64,000 nt of DNA from Basidiobolus meristosporus CBS 931.73. Taxonomy: Eukaryota > Fungi > Basidiobolomycota. Position 1 is the stretch's first letter. Each line of letters opens with the position of its first letter. The stretch lies in the NCBI GenBank assembly GCA_002104905.1, contig MCFE01000313.1, positions 33,384-97,383 of the forward strand, in the 5' to 3' direction. A model generated the notes under the pieces. It saw only the letters and a list, made by a program, of their open reading frames with translations. It searched no databases and had not been told where the DNA came from. A program made the translations under genes and the position numbers. Below are positions 35,867-49,426 of this stretch, piece by piece.

Positions 35867-38800
35867 TGTTATGATCTGCTGCTTGAATGTTTAAGCTAGA
35901 TCAGTTTTTAGTCAAATCAATTAGTATATGTTTAGGTTATCAGTATATCAGTATTATCTATCAAATCAGTAGCATTAGTCAGCAAATGAATCAGCAGATC
36001 CTTATTAGACAGAAATAGATATTAAGTAAGATCTTATTGGGTGATGATGATGCAATCAAATGAGTCATCAGCCACAACCTACATTAGGAAATACAATTAG
36101 TCAGCAATTGATCTGGCAAAATGTATATAAGGAGCTGCTGGAACCTCAATAAAAATCAGTTCAAGTTTTAGTGAATACAATACTAGCTAAACTCTCTATT
36201 CCTCTACAACTCTTATACCAAGACTTGTAACATTGGTAGCAGCAATAACCAGAAACCTCCCTCCTGAAGAAAGAAGAAACCTCCCTCAAGATATTGGACA
36301 ATCAAGAATGGAAGAATGCTATGCAGCAAATCCTGGCCCAACGGCAACAGTAACTCCAGATCCTCAGCCAACAGCAACAAGGAATGACTACCATGGCTCA
36401 GAGCCAGCAAAGCCCTGTCAAGAGCAACTTTAGTGTGAAGGTCAACTGGTACCATGGCAGAGTCAATGAAAACCTTGGAACTTGGCTCTTTCAGATTGAA
36501 GAAGCTTTTAAAGCTAAAGGAACTGCTTCAGAAAGAAAGTTGCATTATGCAGCTTCTTACCTGGCAGATGCAGCCTTACAGTGGTACCACAGCAAGATCA
36601 GGTCTGCCACTATGACGGGATGCTCTACAATCTCTACCTGGGATGAGTTTGTGTCGGAAATTCAGGATGCTTTTGAACCTCTACACCAGCAGACACTACT
36701 AAGAAGGAAGTTAAAGACACTCAGACAGAAAGGAATGGTGCAAGAATACATCTATGAGTACAGATGTCTACTTGGACAAATTGAAAGAATGGACTCCTTG
36801 CATCAAGTTGAATACTTTATTGATGGGTTGAAAGAAAGAACTTGCAAGGAAGCAAATTACCAAAGACCTCAGACTATTGAAGAAGCCATCAAGATTGCCG
36901 TTGACTATGACTCAGCTATGTTTGGAGTTGGGAAGCCTACAGTGACTAATCAGAAATGCTACAATCATTATGAAAGAAGACAGTCAGAATCAGTACCAAT
37001 GGAAATAGACGCTATGCAGAAGAATCCTACCTCAGAAGAATGCAAGAAGAAAGGACTTTGCTTCAATTGCCACCAGCAGGGTCATATTGCAAAGTACTGC
37101 CCTCAGAGAAGAATTGGACACCAGCCAACAAGAACTTTCAACCATATTGAGTCCCATGAACGCAGTAATGTGGAAGATGAGCTTGAAGAAGACTCAGAAT
37201 TCACCTTCCACATGATAGAAGAATACCTATCCCAGATGACCTCAAACTCAGGAAAGCTATTATACTTGAATGGAGTAATCAATGAAGTACCTGCCAAGAT
37301 CATGATTGACTCAGGAGCATTGCATGAGTACATGTCAGAGCAATTTGCTTTGAAAGCTGGAATCAACTTGGAACCTACCAAATCAACTACAGTGCCACAG
37401 CTGATGGGAACTCTCACATAATCAACTGTATTACCCAGCCAGTAAGAATGAGATCAATGACTAAGAAGAAGACCTACAGGCTTATATATTTGGGAACTGC
37501 AAGTTTGACCTTGTACTTGGAAAAACCTGGCTATTTTGTTGTAATCCATCAATCAACTGGAGAACCCATGCTACTCAGATCCAAAAAGATAACAAGACCT
37601 ATGAGCTATTACCTGCCAGGCTGGATTTCAACTTGGTCAATTCCAGTGTGTGTGAGACAAGTGAACTTAGCAAGACCCAGTTCTGTAGAGCACTTAGAAA
37701 AGGTACCAAGATGTTCCTCATGGCAGTATTACAGGAGGATTCCTCTACCACAGCACCCCAGCAGGTCCAGACTCTCTTGAAGAAATATTCAGACATGTTC
37801 CCAGATGAGCTTGTAAGCCTACCACCAGTCAGAGATGTGAATCATGCCATTGACACAGGAGATAGCCCTCCAGTGAGCAAGACACCATACAGAATGAGTC
37901 CATTGGAATTGGAGGAAATGAAGAGACAAATTGATCAGCTATTGGAGCAAGGATACATCAGGCCCCGCAAGTCACCCTGGGGAGCAACAGTACATTTTGT
38001 GAAAAAGAAGGATGGAACACTTAGGATGTGCATTGACTACAGAGCCCTGAACTCAGTTACCGTTAAGAATAAGTACTCCATACCTCAATTGATAAGCTTT
38101 TGGACCAACTTAATGGAGCCACTATTTTCAGCAAGATTGACCTCATGTCAGGATACAACCAAATTAGGGTGAAATCAGAAGATATTCCTTAGACAGCATT
38201 TAGGACCAGACATGAACATTACAAGTACTTAGTCATGAGTTTTGGCCTCACTAATGCCCCTGCAACATTCATGACGCTGATGCATACTGTCTTTCAGGAG
38301 TACTTAGACAGGTTTGTGATAATCTACCTGGATGACATATTGATATACAGCAAGACAGAAGAGGATCACATAGTGCAAATTGAAAAGGTCTTGGAGAAGC
38401 TAAGAGAGAACAAGCTATATGGCAAGCTAACCAAGTGTGAATTCTCCAAGGAGCACGTTGAATACCTGGGACACATAGTGACTAGCACAGGAGTGACCTT
38501 AGACCCTAAGAAGGTTGAAGTTATCAAGAATTTGAAGCAGCCCCATAGCATATCAGAACTCAGATCCTTCCTTGGAATGGTTTCCTATTATTGGAGATAT
38601 GCCAAGTCTTTTGCAAGTATTGCAGCCCCTTTAACTGATATCCTCAAGAAAGACAATGCCTACAAGTGGGACATAGCTTGTGAGACTGCTTTCCAGACGC
38701 TCAAGTATGAACTTGCTAACCTGCTAAGCTTAAGAATACCAGACTTCAGAAAAGAGTTCACTCTGTGCACAGATGCTTCAGATTATGCAATTGGTGGAAT

Positions 38801-40794
38801 GCTGAGCCAAGAACACAAGGGAAAGGATTACCCTGTTGCCTTTGAATCCAAGAAACTGAACTCAGCAGAACAAAACTATCCAGTCCAAGAGAAGGAGATG
38901 CTTGCTATAATACACTGTTTGAAGACATGGAGATGCTATATTGAAGGAGTTAAATGCACTGTGAAGACTGGTCATGCCTCCCTCAAGTATATATTTACTC
39001 AGAAGGTACTCTCGAGAAGAATGACAAGATGGAGTTAATACATTCAGCAATTTAACCTGGAGATTGTCTACTGCCCTGGAAAAAATAACACGGTTGCTGA
39101 TGCCTTATCAAGATTAGATCAAGTTGCACAACTAAACCTGGTGCATGAATCAGATTGGCCTAGCCTATTACCCACGTACTTGGAGGACTAAGCCATTCCT
39201 AATGGGGTGGATGAAGAGATAAGAAGATAATCCGGGATGAAGCCAGCAAATTTGTTGTACAGGATGAAACACTCTACCAAATTGTTGATGGAAGCCCTAT
39301 TGCCTGTTGTCCATATGTTGCTTGCCTGGATTTAATAAATAAGCTACACAATGGATATGGACATCTTGGAATTGAAGGAACCTATAGTCTTGTGAAAGCC
39401 AGAGCATGGTGGCCTAGAATGAAACAAGACATTGAGAAGCTAGTAAAAACATGCCCAAGCTGCCAAATCAATCAAGGCCAACCACAACAAATTGCCAAAC
39501 TCTTTCCTTTGCAGCCTCTAAGACCATTTGAGAGATGGGGATTGACTTTATTGGAAGACTGCCAACTACCAGGAAATGCCACTGTTGGATCCTAGTAGAA
39601 ATTTACCATGCCACTAAATGGCCAGTTGCTAAAGCTGTACCAATAGCCAGTGAACAAGAAGTTGCAAGTTTCATTTACCATGAGATCCTGATGAAGTTTG
39701 GATGCCCTGTGGAGATCTTATCTGATAGAGGAGCAAACTTTATGGCAAAGAGATTAGAGGCTTACCTGGAAATGCAGCAGATCAGACACCTGAAACCTTG
39801 GCATATCACCCCAGAACTAATGGAGTCACTGAGCGGTTTAATGGATTATTTGGAAAAATGCTGACCAAGTATGCAAATGGAGTTGTCAGTAGATGGGATG
39901 AGTATATAGACCAAGCACTCTTTGCATGCAGAGTCAGAGTACACAACACCACCCAGCAATCACCATTTTACTTAGTGTATGGATGTGAACCAAGGATTCC
40001 AGGAGATCTCACACAACCCAAGCTTACAGATGCCTTAGAAGATGAACTTAGTCAGCCAAGTAGACACCAGTAACTGGAACAAAGACGTCAAGAGGCATAG
40101 ACCAAAGTATCTCATAGTGCAGAAAAGATGAAGCAGAGATTTGATAAGACTATAGCACCAGAAGCATTGACAGTTGGGAACTTTGTATTGCTAAGAGACA
40201 ACACTTGGAACAAGTTTGAGCCACAATGAACAGGACCATTCAAGATCATCAGAGAATGTGCATTTGCAACTTACCAACTGGTGGACAAACAAGGTAATAT
40301 CCGGGAAGACTTGGTGCATAGGGACAGACTCAAGCTTGCAAGACTTGCTGATAATACTGAACCATCAAGATATTGGTATCACAAGAAAAGAGATTCAGGA
40401 GAACCCTCTCAACTTTAGTAGGGGAGAATGTTATGATCTGCCGCTTGAATGTTTAAGTTAGATCAGTTTTTAGTCAAATCAATTAGTATATGTTTAGGAT
40501 ATCAGTATATCAGTATTATCTATGAAATCAGTAGCATTAGTCAGCAAATGAATCAGCAAATCCTTATCAGACAGAAATAGATATTAAGTAAGATCTTATT
40601 AGGTGATGATGATGCAATCAAATGAGTCATCAGCCACAACCTACATTAGGAAATACAATTAGTCAGCAATTGATCTGGCAAAATGTATATCAGGAGCTGT
40701 TGGAACCTCAATAAAAATCAGTTCAAGTTTTAGTCAATACAATACTAGCTAAACTCCCTATTCCTCTACAACTCTTATACCAAGACTTGTAACA
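35867..40794 (+). mobile_element. Gypsy-A copy 1, decayed; LTRs 35867..36232 and 40429..40794; no TSD
   Basis: 366-bp LTRs (~11 differences), PBS TGGTAGCAGC, PPT AGTAGGGGAGAA, many stops/frameshifts; flanks CATG vs CTTT. Confidence 0.95.
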
Positions 40795-40928
40795 CTTTAA
40801 TAGTTTCAAGGAAACTACATAATAGACTTGTTGCATTGTGCTGATGATCATAGTGCCAGAAAGTGCTGCATATTTTGTTATTATTTTGATATTTCAGGGT
40901 CATATGCATGTCAATTTTGATCCCCAAT

Positions 40929-41136
40929 TGGCACTGTATGGCACCATCTGGCACTCTGTGGCATGATCAGACCCCATTTGGCATGCTATGGCACTATTGG
41001 GCACTATGATCAGCTGGAATGATGGAACAAGTCCAATATATCCAGAGTGGCACTCTGTGGCATGAACAGGCACCATCTGGCATGCTATTGCACTATTGGG
41101 CACTATGATCAGCTTGAATGATGGAACAAGTCTAAT
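40929..41136. repeat. 10-bp-period TGGCA/GCAC minisatellite with a 99-bp higher-order duplication
   Basis: GCACTGTATG GCACCATCTG GCACTCTGTG GCATGATCAG ...; 40949-41036 repeats at 41048-41135. Confidence 0.85.
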
Positions 41137-41139
41137 GCT

Positions 41140-43437
41140 TGGTAAAAGTGCTTATCTGATCTTAACCACAAGGGAATAATCATTAGATCAAATATCCAAG
41201 AGAAAGTAGCAAATGTAGAACTGCAAATGAGTCCCACAGTAACAAAAACTAGTTCAGATTACCAAGTAAATGTTAAACTTCTCAATAATCCTATATAGCT
41301 AGAGATTCAACAGATTATTCATCTCAAACTTGCTGAAGAGGTCTGATTTTGTGTGTTTAAGTACCTTCTGATCAACTGTAGCTATTATTAGGTTGTCCAC
41401 TTAAAGTACCAGAATATTCCTTCTGTTTTTGAGCTGTTTCTGGTATAGACTGTAATCTGTCTAGTCCCTGAATCAAAAAATGGCCCTTGGCCACTGATGT
41501 AACCTTGTATTTTCACTAGCACCATTTGGTTTGTCATGATCTTGTAAACCCCTCTTCCTTTTATTGGCCTTCTCCCATATGATAGATCCACTGGTTCACA
41601 TATTTTAGCCCTGATCAGTGATCAGTACCCTTCCTGCATGGCTTATTGCCAAATAACAGTATCTGGATTTTGCATTAATTGTTGCAGCTTCTGAGAGCTG
41701 GCATACAAAGCACAATAAGCTTCTTAAGGCCATTGCATATGTCCTTCCAAGATCCAGGGGCATTTCTTGTTCTGTCTAGTATCTAAACCAGGATAATCTG
41801 CTCTTATTGGGAACTGGCAGAGTCTTCATCCGCATCTGGCAGTATTGAGTATGAACCTTCTTTGTCAGTAATAAATGCATCATCAGGTACCTGGCCAACA
41901 ATCTCAGTGTTTTCTGATCCAAATTCTCCTTAGAAACAATGTCTCTACTCTTGATCAAATTTCAACTTTCCTATGATACACTTAATGCCCCTTAGTAGCC
42001 TCACAATAGCCAAGAAAGATCCCCCTTCTACTCTTTGGTTCCATGTTTGTGCATTTTTAGTTAGGGATGTGATAGAAATTATTACTGCTAAAATTCTGGA
42101 GGTGCCAGGAGGCTGGTTTTTTGCAGATACATGGTTAAAATAGTTTAAATTCATGTAGTGCTGCGGTTGGGCTTTAATCTCTGATGAATACCATGGCCAC
42201 AACAGATTCAGCACAAATCCATAGTCTGTCACCTTTTCTTGTAGCATAGATCTTCCCATCTGTACAATAGCTTTATTTGCACATACTGCTACTCCATTGT
42301 ACTGTGAAGTGTGAGAATCAGGTGTCTGCTGTAGGATACCAGTGCATAGTAATACATTGCAATCTTCTTAGAGTAGTATTCCCCTCCATTGTCACCTTGA
42401 AGTACCTCCAATTTACACCCAGTTTGTGTTTATGAAATATTCTTGAAGCGCCTGACTGTCTCTGAAGCCTCAGCCTTTGACTTCAAAAAGTATACCCTTG
42501 TGTATCTTGTCTTGTCGTTAACAAGCATTGCACAAAATCTCATTGCTTCAAAGAGCAGTGTTCTCATGAGCTCATATGTGTCAGGGTACACAGTAGCCAA
42601 TATTTTGGCAGTTTTAATGTCTCCTGAGCTTCTTAAAAGCTGCCAAGCTTGTCTGCCATACAAGCAATCCTTGCAAACACTGAATTAAATAAAATTGAAT
42701 AATCAAGGCCCAAACAAGTAGCTGTGTCAGCAATTGGCTTATTCCCTGCTCCTCAATGTGTCCTAGCCTCCTAGGTCATATCTCCTAGCTAGCTTCATCT
42801 GTTTCAGCAATGTAAACATACTCAGGTACAATGATTGTTACTGTCATATATATATGCAATGATCCACAAAGCATGATATTTCTGCATTTTGACTGAAAAT
42901 TAGGCAGCTCAGCTTTGTAAAAGTAACTCTCAGTCCCTGGGTAGTTGCTTTACTCATTGAGAGTGGGATCTTATCTATTTTGGCCACATGGAATAGATTC
43001 GATAATTTTGCCAGCATTACCCCTGGGCTAATGCACATACTTAGCAACATAGATCCACTGGTGGTAGCTTCTTTTGGAATTCCTGAAATGATTTGGATGT
43101 CAGGAACTTATGAAGAAATAGTGACTATAGTTGATTTGTTGTTTACTAATAAGAAAGCTCAGTATTTATACCCTTGTAGAAATAGTACAACTGCAACACC
43201 AAGTAAAGAGAGCTGCTCTACACTCAAGGCCACTCTGTAGCAGTTTCAGGGCTAGTACATAATGTTTGGTAAAAGTGTCAATTGGATCTTGACTATAAGG
43301 TAATAATCATAGAATCATAGATTTGAGCAAAGCGGCAAAGTTAAGGCTGTTGGTTAGTCCCACAATGATCAAGGCTAGTCTAGAATTGATAAGTAAATAT
43401 GACTTGCTGAATGGTACCAAATAGTCCAATATTTTAT
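41140..43437 (-). mobile_element. Copia-B-family relic (LTR fragment, IN/PR remnants, LTR ~43070..43437)
   Basis: Similar to 55700-57060 and to LTRs 53828..54199 / 62994..63360; MIKSRDIVSKEN and YGRQA...KTAKILATVYPD remnants. Confidence 0.7.
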
Positions 43438-43561
43438 TGGGTATCACCTCAATAAGGGCTAGTGTAAGCATAAAGTGTTTGACCTGTACCATGAGCATTG
43501 TCTTGTATTCAAGTCATCAAACAGATTTTTGCAGAATATATCAGGCCTCTATAATAGGTGG

Positions 43562-44352
43562 TATCTAGGATTCATACAAGCAACCAGATTTGGGCCAGCA
43601 TTGGTATGCTAAGAAAGTGTCTCAAGAATAGCACAAGCTATCAAAGACAGAACTACCTGGTGCTATGGCTAAAATCCTGCAGCTTATTAAAGAGCTGGTC
43701 ACAAGTAGGAATCATAGCTCCAGGCAAGCAGTAAAGAAATGTCAGGTAGCCAGCAGAAGTTGAATAAAGGACCAGCATGTCAAAACAGATGCACCAGTGT
43801 GGTATTGATTGAGGAGTACATGTAGTACAATGCTGGGACTACTCAGTCAAAGTAAAGTGAAAGACTTGGCAGTGACAAAAGTAGAGGTAGAGAAAAAAGC
43901 CTACCCCAGAGAGAGACAAGGAAACAAAGCAAAACTGAATTTCTGATCAACAGAGGCCATCAGCCTAGTACAGTCTGAACTCTAAAATATCCAAGAACAA
44001 TCACCAACAAGAAAGCAACTGCTTTCTTAAGCATCAGAGGTACAATTGGCTCAACCACACTTCTGTGAGGAAGATGAGCTTGTAGAGGAAGCCAATTTGT
44101 CCATAACAGCCTCCATGTGCCCCATATTAGAAAGTGTGGGGATCTTACTGACAGACAAAACAACTATGCCAAGTACTCAAAAGACTATAATACTACCTAC
44201 AGGGGAACTTTGGAACATTAATAGGCACACCAAGAGGTTGCACCGCATCTTCAAGAGTAGTACTCAAGAGAATGCACCTCAATGTTGCAAGATTTATTGT
44301 AAAGACCAGCAGATGAGTTTTTACCTTGCAGAGCTGGTTGAATACCACAATG
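43562..44352 (+). pseudogene. Third ORF2 fragment of the CACTA-like family
   Basis: GGGCCAGCATTGGTATGCTAAGAAAG and NINRHTKRLHRIFKSSTQEN match copy 1 ORF2. Confidence 0.65.
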
Positions 44353-45291
44353 CACCCTATAAAAAATAATTTGGTCCTGTGGGTGGATTCATTACAGATC
44401 AATCATCAGGATACCATTTGGAGGCTGTCATAGTACCAGCAGCTTGGAATTAGTGACCCTCTTGACAATCTTATGATGGGATCACAACAGCATTTTGCTA
44501 ATTTTACTGCCCAATAAAGATGTACAACCTAATAGGGATTTATTGTTGCAGTCTTAATGTGCTCTATAACTATTTTAAATAGATCTAACCAGCCTGTACA
44601 TCCTATTGCCTTATATGGCTAAGGATTTGAAGACATTTGATGGCCTCACAACAAGTCTCTGCTGGCATATCACAGCAGTATGGCAGCCTAGAGCTAGTTC
44701 TGTATTATGCAACTATACCAATTTACCAATTGGTATTCCCTATTTCTAGCCTCCCATGTGCAATTCATATATCTCACTATAGAACCACTGCTCTTTACTT
44801 GCTTACCCTCTACCACTGTGGGTATTCCACATAGGGTGCAAGTCAAGAGAAACTATGGCCACCTGCTTATTAACCTCTACAAGTGCACGCACCTGCTGTA
44901 ATTGACATACTTCTGTTACAAGTCTTGGTATAAGAGTTGTAGAGGAATAGGGAGTTTAGCTAGTATTGTATTCACTAAAACTTGAACTGATTTTTATTGA
45001 GGTTCCAGCAGCTCCTTATATACATTTTGCCAGATCAATTGCTGACTAATTGTATTTCCTAATGTAGGTTGTGGCTGATGACTCATTTGATTGCATCATC
45101 ATCACCCAATAAGATCCTACTTAATATATCTATTTCTGTCTGATAAGGATCTGCTGATTCATTTGCTGACTAATGCTACTGATTTCATAGATAATACTGA
45201 TATACTGATAACCTAAACATATACTAATTGATTTGACTAAAAACTGATCTAACTTAAACATTCAAGCGGCAGATCATAACATTCTCCCCTA

Positions 45292-46680
45292 CTAAAGTTG
45301 AGAGGGTTCTCCTGAATCTCTTTTCTTGTGATACCAATATCTTGATGGTTCAGTATTATCAGCAAGTCTTGCAAGCTTGAGTCTGTCCCTATGCACTAAG
45401 TCTTCCCGGATATTACCTTGCTTGTCCACCAGTTGGTAAGTTGCAAATGGACATTCTCTGATGATCTTGAATGGTCCTGTCCATTGTGGCTCAAACTTCT
45501 TCCGAGTGTTGTTTCTTAGCAATACAAAGTTCCCAACTGTCAATGCTTCTGGTGCTATAGTCTTATCAAATCTCTGCTTCATCTTTTCTGCACTTTGAGA
45601 TACTTTGGTCTGTGCCTCTTGACGTCTTTGTTCCAGTTGCTGGTGTCTACTTGGCTGACTGAGTTCATCTTCTAAGGTGTCTGTAAGCTTTGGTTGTGTG
45701 AGATCTCCTGGAATCCTTGGTTCACATCCATAAACTAAGTAAAATGGTGATTGCTGGGTGGTGTTGTGTACTCTGACTCTGCATGCAAAGAGTGCTTGGT
45801 CTATATACTCATCCCATCTACTGACAACTCCATTTGCATACTTGGTCAGCATTTTTCCAAATAATCCATTAAACCGCTCAGTGACTCCATTAGTTCTGGG
45901 GTGATATGCTGAGGTTTTCAAGTGTCTGATCTGCTGCATTTCCAGGTAAGCCTCTAATGTCTTTGCCATAAAGTTTGCACCTCTATCGGATAAGATCTCC
46001 ACAGGGCATCCAAACTTCATCAGGATCTCATGGTAAATGAAACTTGCAACTTCTTGTTCACTGGCTATTGGTACAGCTTTAGCAACTGGCCATTTAGTGG
46101 CATGGTCAATAGCTACTAGGATCCAACGATTACATTTCCTGGTAGTTGGCAGTCTTCCAATAAAGTCAATTCCCCATCTCTCAAATGGTCTGACAGGCTC
46201 CAAAGGGAAGAGTTCGGCAATTCTTTGTGGCTGGCCCTGATTGATTTGGCAGTTTGGGCATGTTTTCACTAGCTTCTCAATATCTTGTTTCATTCTGGGC
46301 CACCATGCTCTGGCTTTCACAAGGCTATAGGTTCCTTCAATCCCAAGATGTCCATATCCATTGTGTAGCTTATGTATTAAATCCAGGCGAGCAACATAAG
46401 GACAATAGGCAATAGGGCTTCCATCAACAATTCGGTAGAGTGTTTCATCCTGTACAACAAATTTGCTGGCTTCATCCCGGATTATCTTCTTGATATCTTC
46501 ATCCACCTCATTAGGAATGGCTTGGTCCTCCAAGTACTTTGGTAATAGGCTAGGCCAATCTGATTCATGCACCAAGTTGAGTTGTGCAACTTGATCTAAT
46601 CTTGATAAGGCATCAGCAACCGTGTTGTTTTTTTCCAGGGCAGTAGACAATCTCCAGGTCAAATTGCTGAATGTATTCAC
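45292..46680 (-). CDS. Gypsy-A integrase in +1 frame, with no in-frame ATG before the HHCC domain
   Basis: [36 protein letters not shown] tail; no chromodomain. Confidence 0.9.
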   Translation of the reverse strand: MNTFSNLTWRLSTALEKNNTVADALSRLDQVAQLNLVHESDWPSLLPKYLEDQAIPNEVDEDIKKIIRDEASKFVVQDETLYRIVDGSPIAYCPYVARLDLIHKLHNGYGHLGIEGTYSLVKARAWWPRMKQDIEKLVKTCPNCQINQGQPQRIAELFPLEPVRPFERWGIDFIGRLPTTRKCNRWILVAIDHATKWPVAKAVPIASEQEVASFIYHEILMKFGCPVEILSDRGANFMAKTLEAYLEMQQIRHLKTSAYHPRTNGVTERFNGLFGKMLTKYANGVVSRWDEYIDQALFACRVRVHNTTQQSPFYLVYGCEPRIPGDLTQPKLTDTLEDELSQPSRHQQLEQRRQEAQTKVSQSAEKMKQRFDKTIAPEALTVGNFVLLRNNTRKKFEPQWTGPFKIIRECPFATYQLVDKQGNIREDLVHRDRLKLARLADNTEPSRYWYHKKRDSGEPSQL

Positions 46681-49426
46681 TCCATCTTGTCATTCTTCTA
46701 GAGAGTACCTTCTGAGTAAATATATACTTGAGGGAGGCATGATCAGTCTTCACAGTGCATTTGACTCCTTCAATATAGCATCTCCATGTCTTCAAACAGT
46801 GTATTATAGCAAGCATCTCCTTCTCATGGACTGGATAGTTTTGTTCTGCTGAGTTCAGTTTCTTGGATTCAAAGGCAACAGGGTAGTCCTTTCCCTCGTG
46901 TTCTTGGCTCAGCACTCCACCAATTGCGTAATCTGAAGCATCTGTGCATAGAGTGAACTCTTTTCTGAAGTCTGGTATTCTTAAGTTTGGCAACTTAGCA
47001 AGTTCATTCTTTAGCGTCTGGAAGGCAGTCTCACAAGCTATGTCCCACTTGTAGGTATTGTCTTTCTTGAGGATATCAGTTAAAGGGGCTGCAATACTTG
47101 CAAATGACTTGACAAATCTCCGATAATAGGAAACCATTCCAAGGAAGGATCTGAGTTCTGATATGCTATGGGGCTGCTTCAAATTCTTGATTACTTCCAC
47201 CTTCTTGGGGTCTAAGGTTACTCCTGTGCTAGTCACTATGTGTCCCAGATATTCTACGTGTTCCTTGAAGAATTCACACTTGGCTAGCTTGCCATATAGC
47301 TTGTTCTCTCTTAGTTTCTTCAACACCTTTTCAATGTGTACCATGTGATCCTTTTCTGTCTTGCTGTATATCAATATGTCATCCAGGTAGATTATCACAA
47401 ACTTGTCTAAGTACTCCTGAAAGACAGTCTGCATCAGCGTCATGAATGTTGCAGGGGCATTAGTGAGGCCAAAACTCATGACTAAGTACTCGTAATGTCC
47501 ATATCTGGTCCTGAATGCTGTCTTAGGGATATCTTCTGGTTTCACCCTAATCTGGTTGTATCCTGACATGAGGTCAATCTTGCTGAAAATAGTGGCTCCA
47601 TTAAGTTGGTCTAAAAGCTCATCAATCCGAGGTATGGGGTACTTATTCTTGACGGTAACTGAGTTCAGGGCTCTGTAGTCAATGCACATCCTAAGTGTTC
47701 CATCCTTCTTTTTCACAAAAAGCACTGGTGCTCCCCAGGGTGACTTGCTGGGCCTAATGTATCCTTGCTCCAATAGCTGATCAATTTGTCTCTTCATTTC
47801 CTCCAATTCTAATGGACTCATTCTGTAAGGTGTCTTGCTCACTGGAGGGCTATCTCCTGTGTCAATGGCATGATCCACGTCTCTGACTGGTGGTAGGCTT
47901 ACAAGCTCATCTGGAAACACGTCTGAATATTTCTTCAAGAGAGTCTGGACCTGCTGGGGTGCTGGGATAGAGGAATCCTCCTGTAATACCGCCATGAGGA
48001 ACATCTGGGTACCTTTTCTAAGTGCTCTACAGAACTGGGTCTTGCTAAGTTCACTTGTCTCACACACACTGGAATTGACCAAGTTGAAATCCAGCCTGGC
48101 AGGTAATAGCTCATAGGTCTTGTTGTCTTTTTGGATCTGAGTAGCATGGGTTCTCCAGTTGATTGATGGATTACGACAAAATAGCCAGGTTTTCCCAAGT
48201 ACAAGGTCAAACTTGCAGTTCCCAAATATATAAGCCTGTAGGTCTTCTTCATAGTCATTGATCTTCATTCTTACTGGCTGGGTAATACGGTTGATTATGT
48301 GGGAGTTCCCATCAGCTGTGGAGACTGAAGTTGATTTGGTAGGTTCCGAGTTGATTCCAGCTTTCAAAGCAAATTGCTCTGACATGTACTCATGCGATGC
48401 TCCTGAGTCAATCATGATCTTGGCAGGTACTCCATTGATTGCTCCATTCAGGTACAATAACTTCCCTGAGTTTGAAGTCATTTGGGACAAGTACTCTTCT
48501 GTCATATGGAAGGTGAGTTCCGAGTCTTCTTCAAGCTCATCTTCCTCATTATTGTGTTCATGGGACTCAATATGGTTGAAGGTTCTTGTTGGCTGGTGTC
48601 CATTTCTTCTCTGAGGGCAGTACTTTGCAATATGTCCCTGCTGGTGGCAATTGAAGCAAAGTCCTCTCTTCTTGCATTCTTCTGAGGAGGGATTCTTCTG
48701 CATAGCGTCTATTTCCATTGGTACTGCTTCTGATTGTCTTCTTTCATAATGATTATAGCCTTTCTGACTAGTCACTGTAGGCTTCCCAACTCCAAACATA
48801 GCTGAGTCATAGTCAATGGCAATCTTGATGGCTTCTTCAATAGTCTGAGGTCTTTGGTAATTCACTTCCTTGCAAGTTCTTTCTTTTGACCCATCAATAA
48901 AGTATTCAACTTGATCCAAGGGGTCCATTCTTTCAATTTGTCCAAGTAGACATCTGTACTCATGGATGTATTCTTGCACCATTCCTTTCTGTCTGAGTGT
49001 CTTTAACTTCCTTCTTAGTAGTGTCTGCTGGTGTGGAGGTTCAAAAGCATCCTGAATTTCCGACACAAACTCATCCCAGGTAGAGATTGTAGAGCATCCC
49101 ATCATAGTAGCTGACCTGATCTTGTTGTGGTACCACTGTAAAGCTGCATCTGCCAGGTAAGAAGCTGCATAATGCAACTTGCTCTCTGGAGCAATTCCTT
49201 TAGCTTTAAAAGCTTCTTCAATCTGAAAGAGCCAAGTTCCCAGGTTTTCATTGACTCTGCCATGGTACTGGTTGACCTTCACACTAAAGTTGCTCTTGAC
49301 AGGGCTTTGCTGGCACTGAGCCATGGTAGTCATTCCTTGTTGCTGTTGGCTGAGGATCTGGAGTAACTGTTGCTGTTGGGCCAGGATTTGCTGCATGGCA
49401 TTCTTCCATTCTTGATTGTCCGACAT
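46613..49426 (-). CDS. Gypsy-A Gag-PR-RT-RNase H polyprotein (937 aa)
   Basis: Zn knuckle [43 protein letters not shown]; ends just after IVYCPGKK. Confidence 0.92.
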   Translation of the reverse strand: MSDNQEWKNAMQQILAQQQQLLQILSQQQQGMTTMAQCQQSPVKSNFSVKVNQYHGRVNENLGTWLFQIEEAFKAKGIAPESKLHYAASYLADAALQWYHNKIRSATMMGCSTISTWDEFVSEIQDAFEPPHQQTLLRRKLKTLRQKGMVQEYIHEYRCLLGQIERMDPLDQVEYFIDGSKERTCKEVNYQRPQTIEEAIKIAIDYDSAMFGVGKPTVTSQKGYNHYERRQSEAVPMEIDAMQKNPSSEECKKRGLCFNCHQQGHIAKYCPQRRNGHQPTRTFNHIESHEHNNEEDELEEDSELTFHMTEEYLSQMTSNSGKLLYLNGAINGVPAKIMIDSGASHEYMSEQFALKAGINSEPTKSTSVSTADGNSHIINRITQPVRMKINDYEEDLQAYIFGNCKFDLVLGKTWLFCRNPSINWRTHATQIQKDNKTYELLPARLDFNLVNSSVCETSELSKTQFCRALRKGTQMFLMAVLQEDSSIPAPQQVQTLLKKYSDVFPDELVSLPPVRDVDHAIDTGDSPPVSKTPYRMSPLELEEMKRQIDQLLEQGYIRPSKSPWGAPVLFVKKKDGTLRMCIDYRALNSVTVKNKYPIPRIDELLDQLNGATIFSKIDLMSGYNQIRVKPEDIPKTAFRTRYGHYEYLVMSFGLTNAPATFMTLMQTVFQEYLDKFVIIYLDDILIYSKTEKDHMVHIEKVLKKLRENKLYGKLAKCEFFKEHVEYLGHIVTSTGVTLDPKKVEVIKNLKQPHSISELRSFLGMVSYYRRFVKSFASIAAPLTDILKKDNTYKWDIACETAFQTLKNELAKLPNLRIPDFRKEFTLCTDASDYAIGGVLSQEHEGKDYPVAFESKKLNSAEQNYPVHEKEMLAIIHCLKTWRCYIEGVKCTVKTDHASLKYIFTQKVLSRRMTRWSEYIQQFDLEIVYCPGKKQHGC

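Noticed and set aside
40929-41136. CRISPR-like interpretation of the array
   Set aside because: Eukaryotic context, no unique spacers, degenerate 10-bp units.
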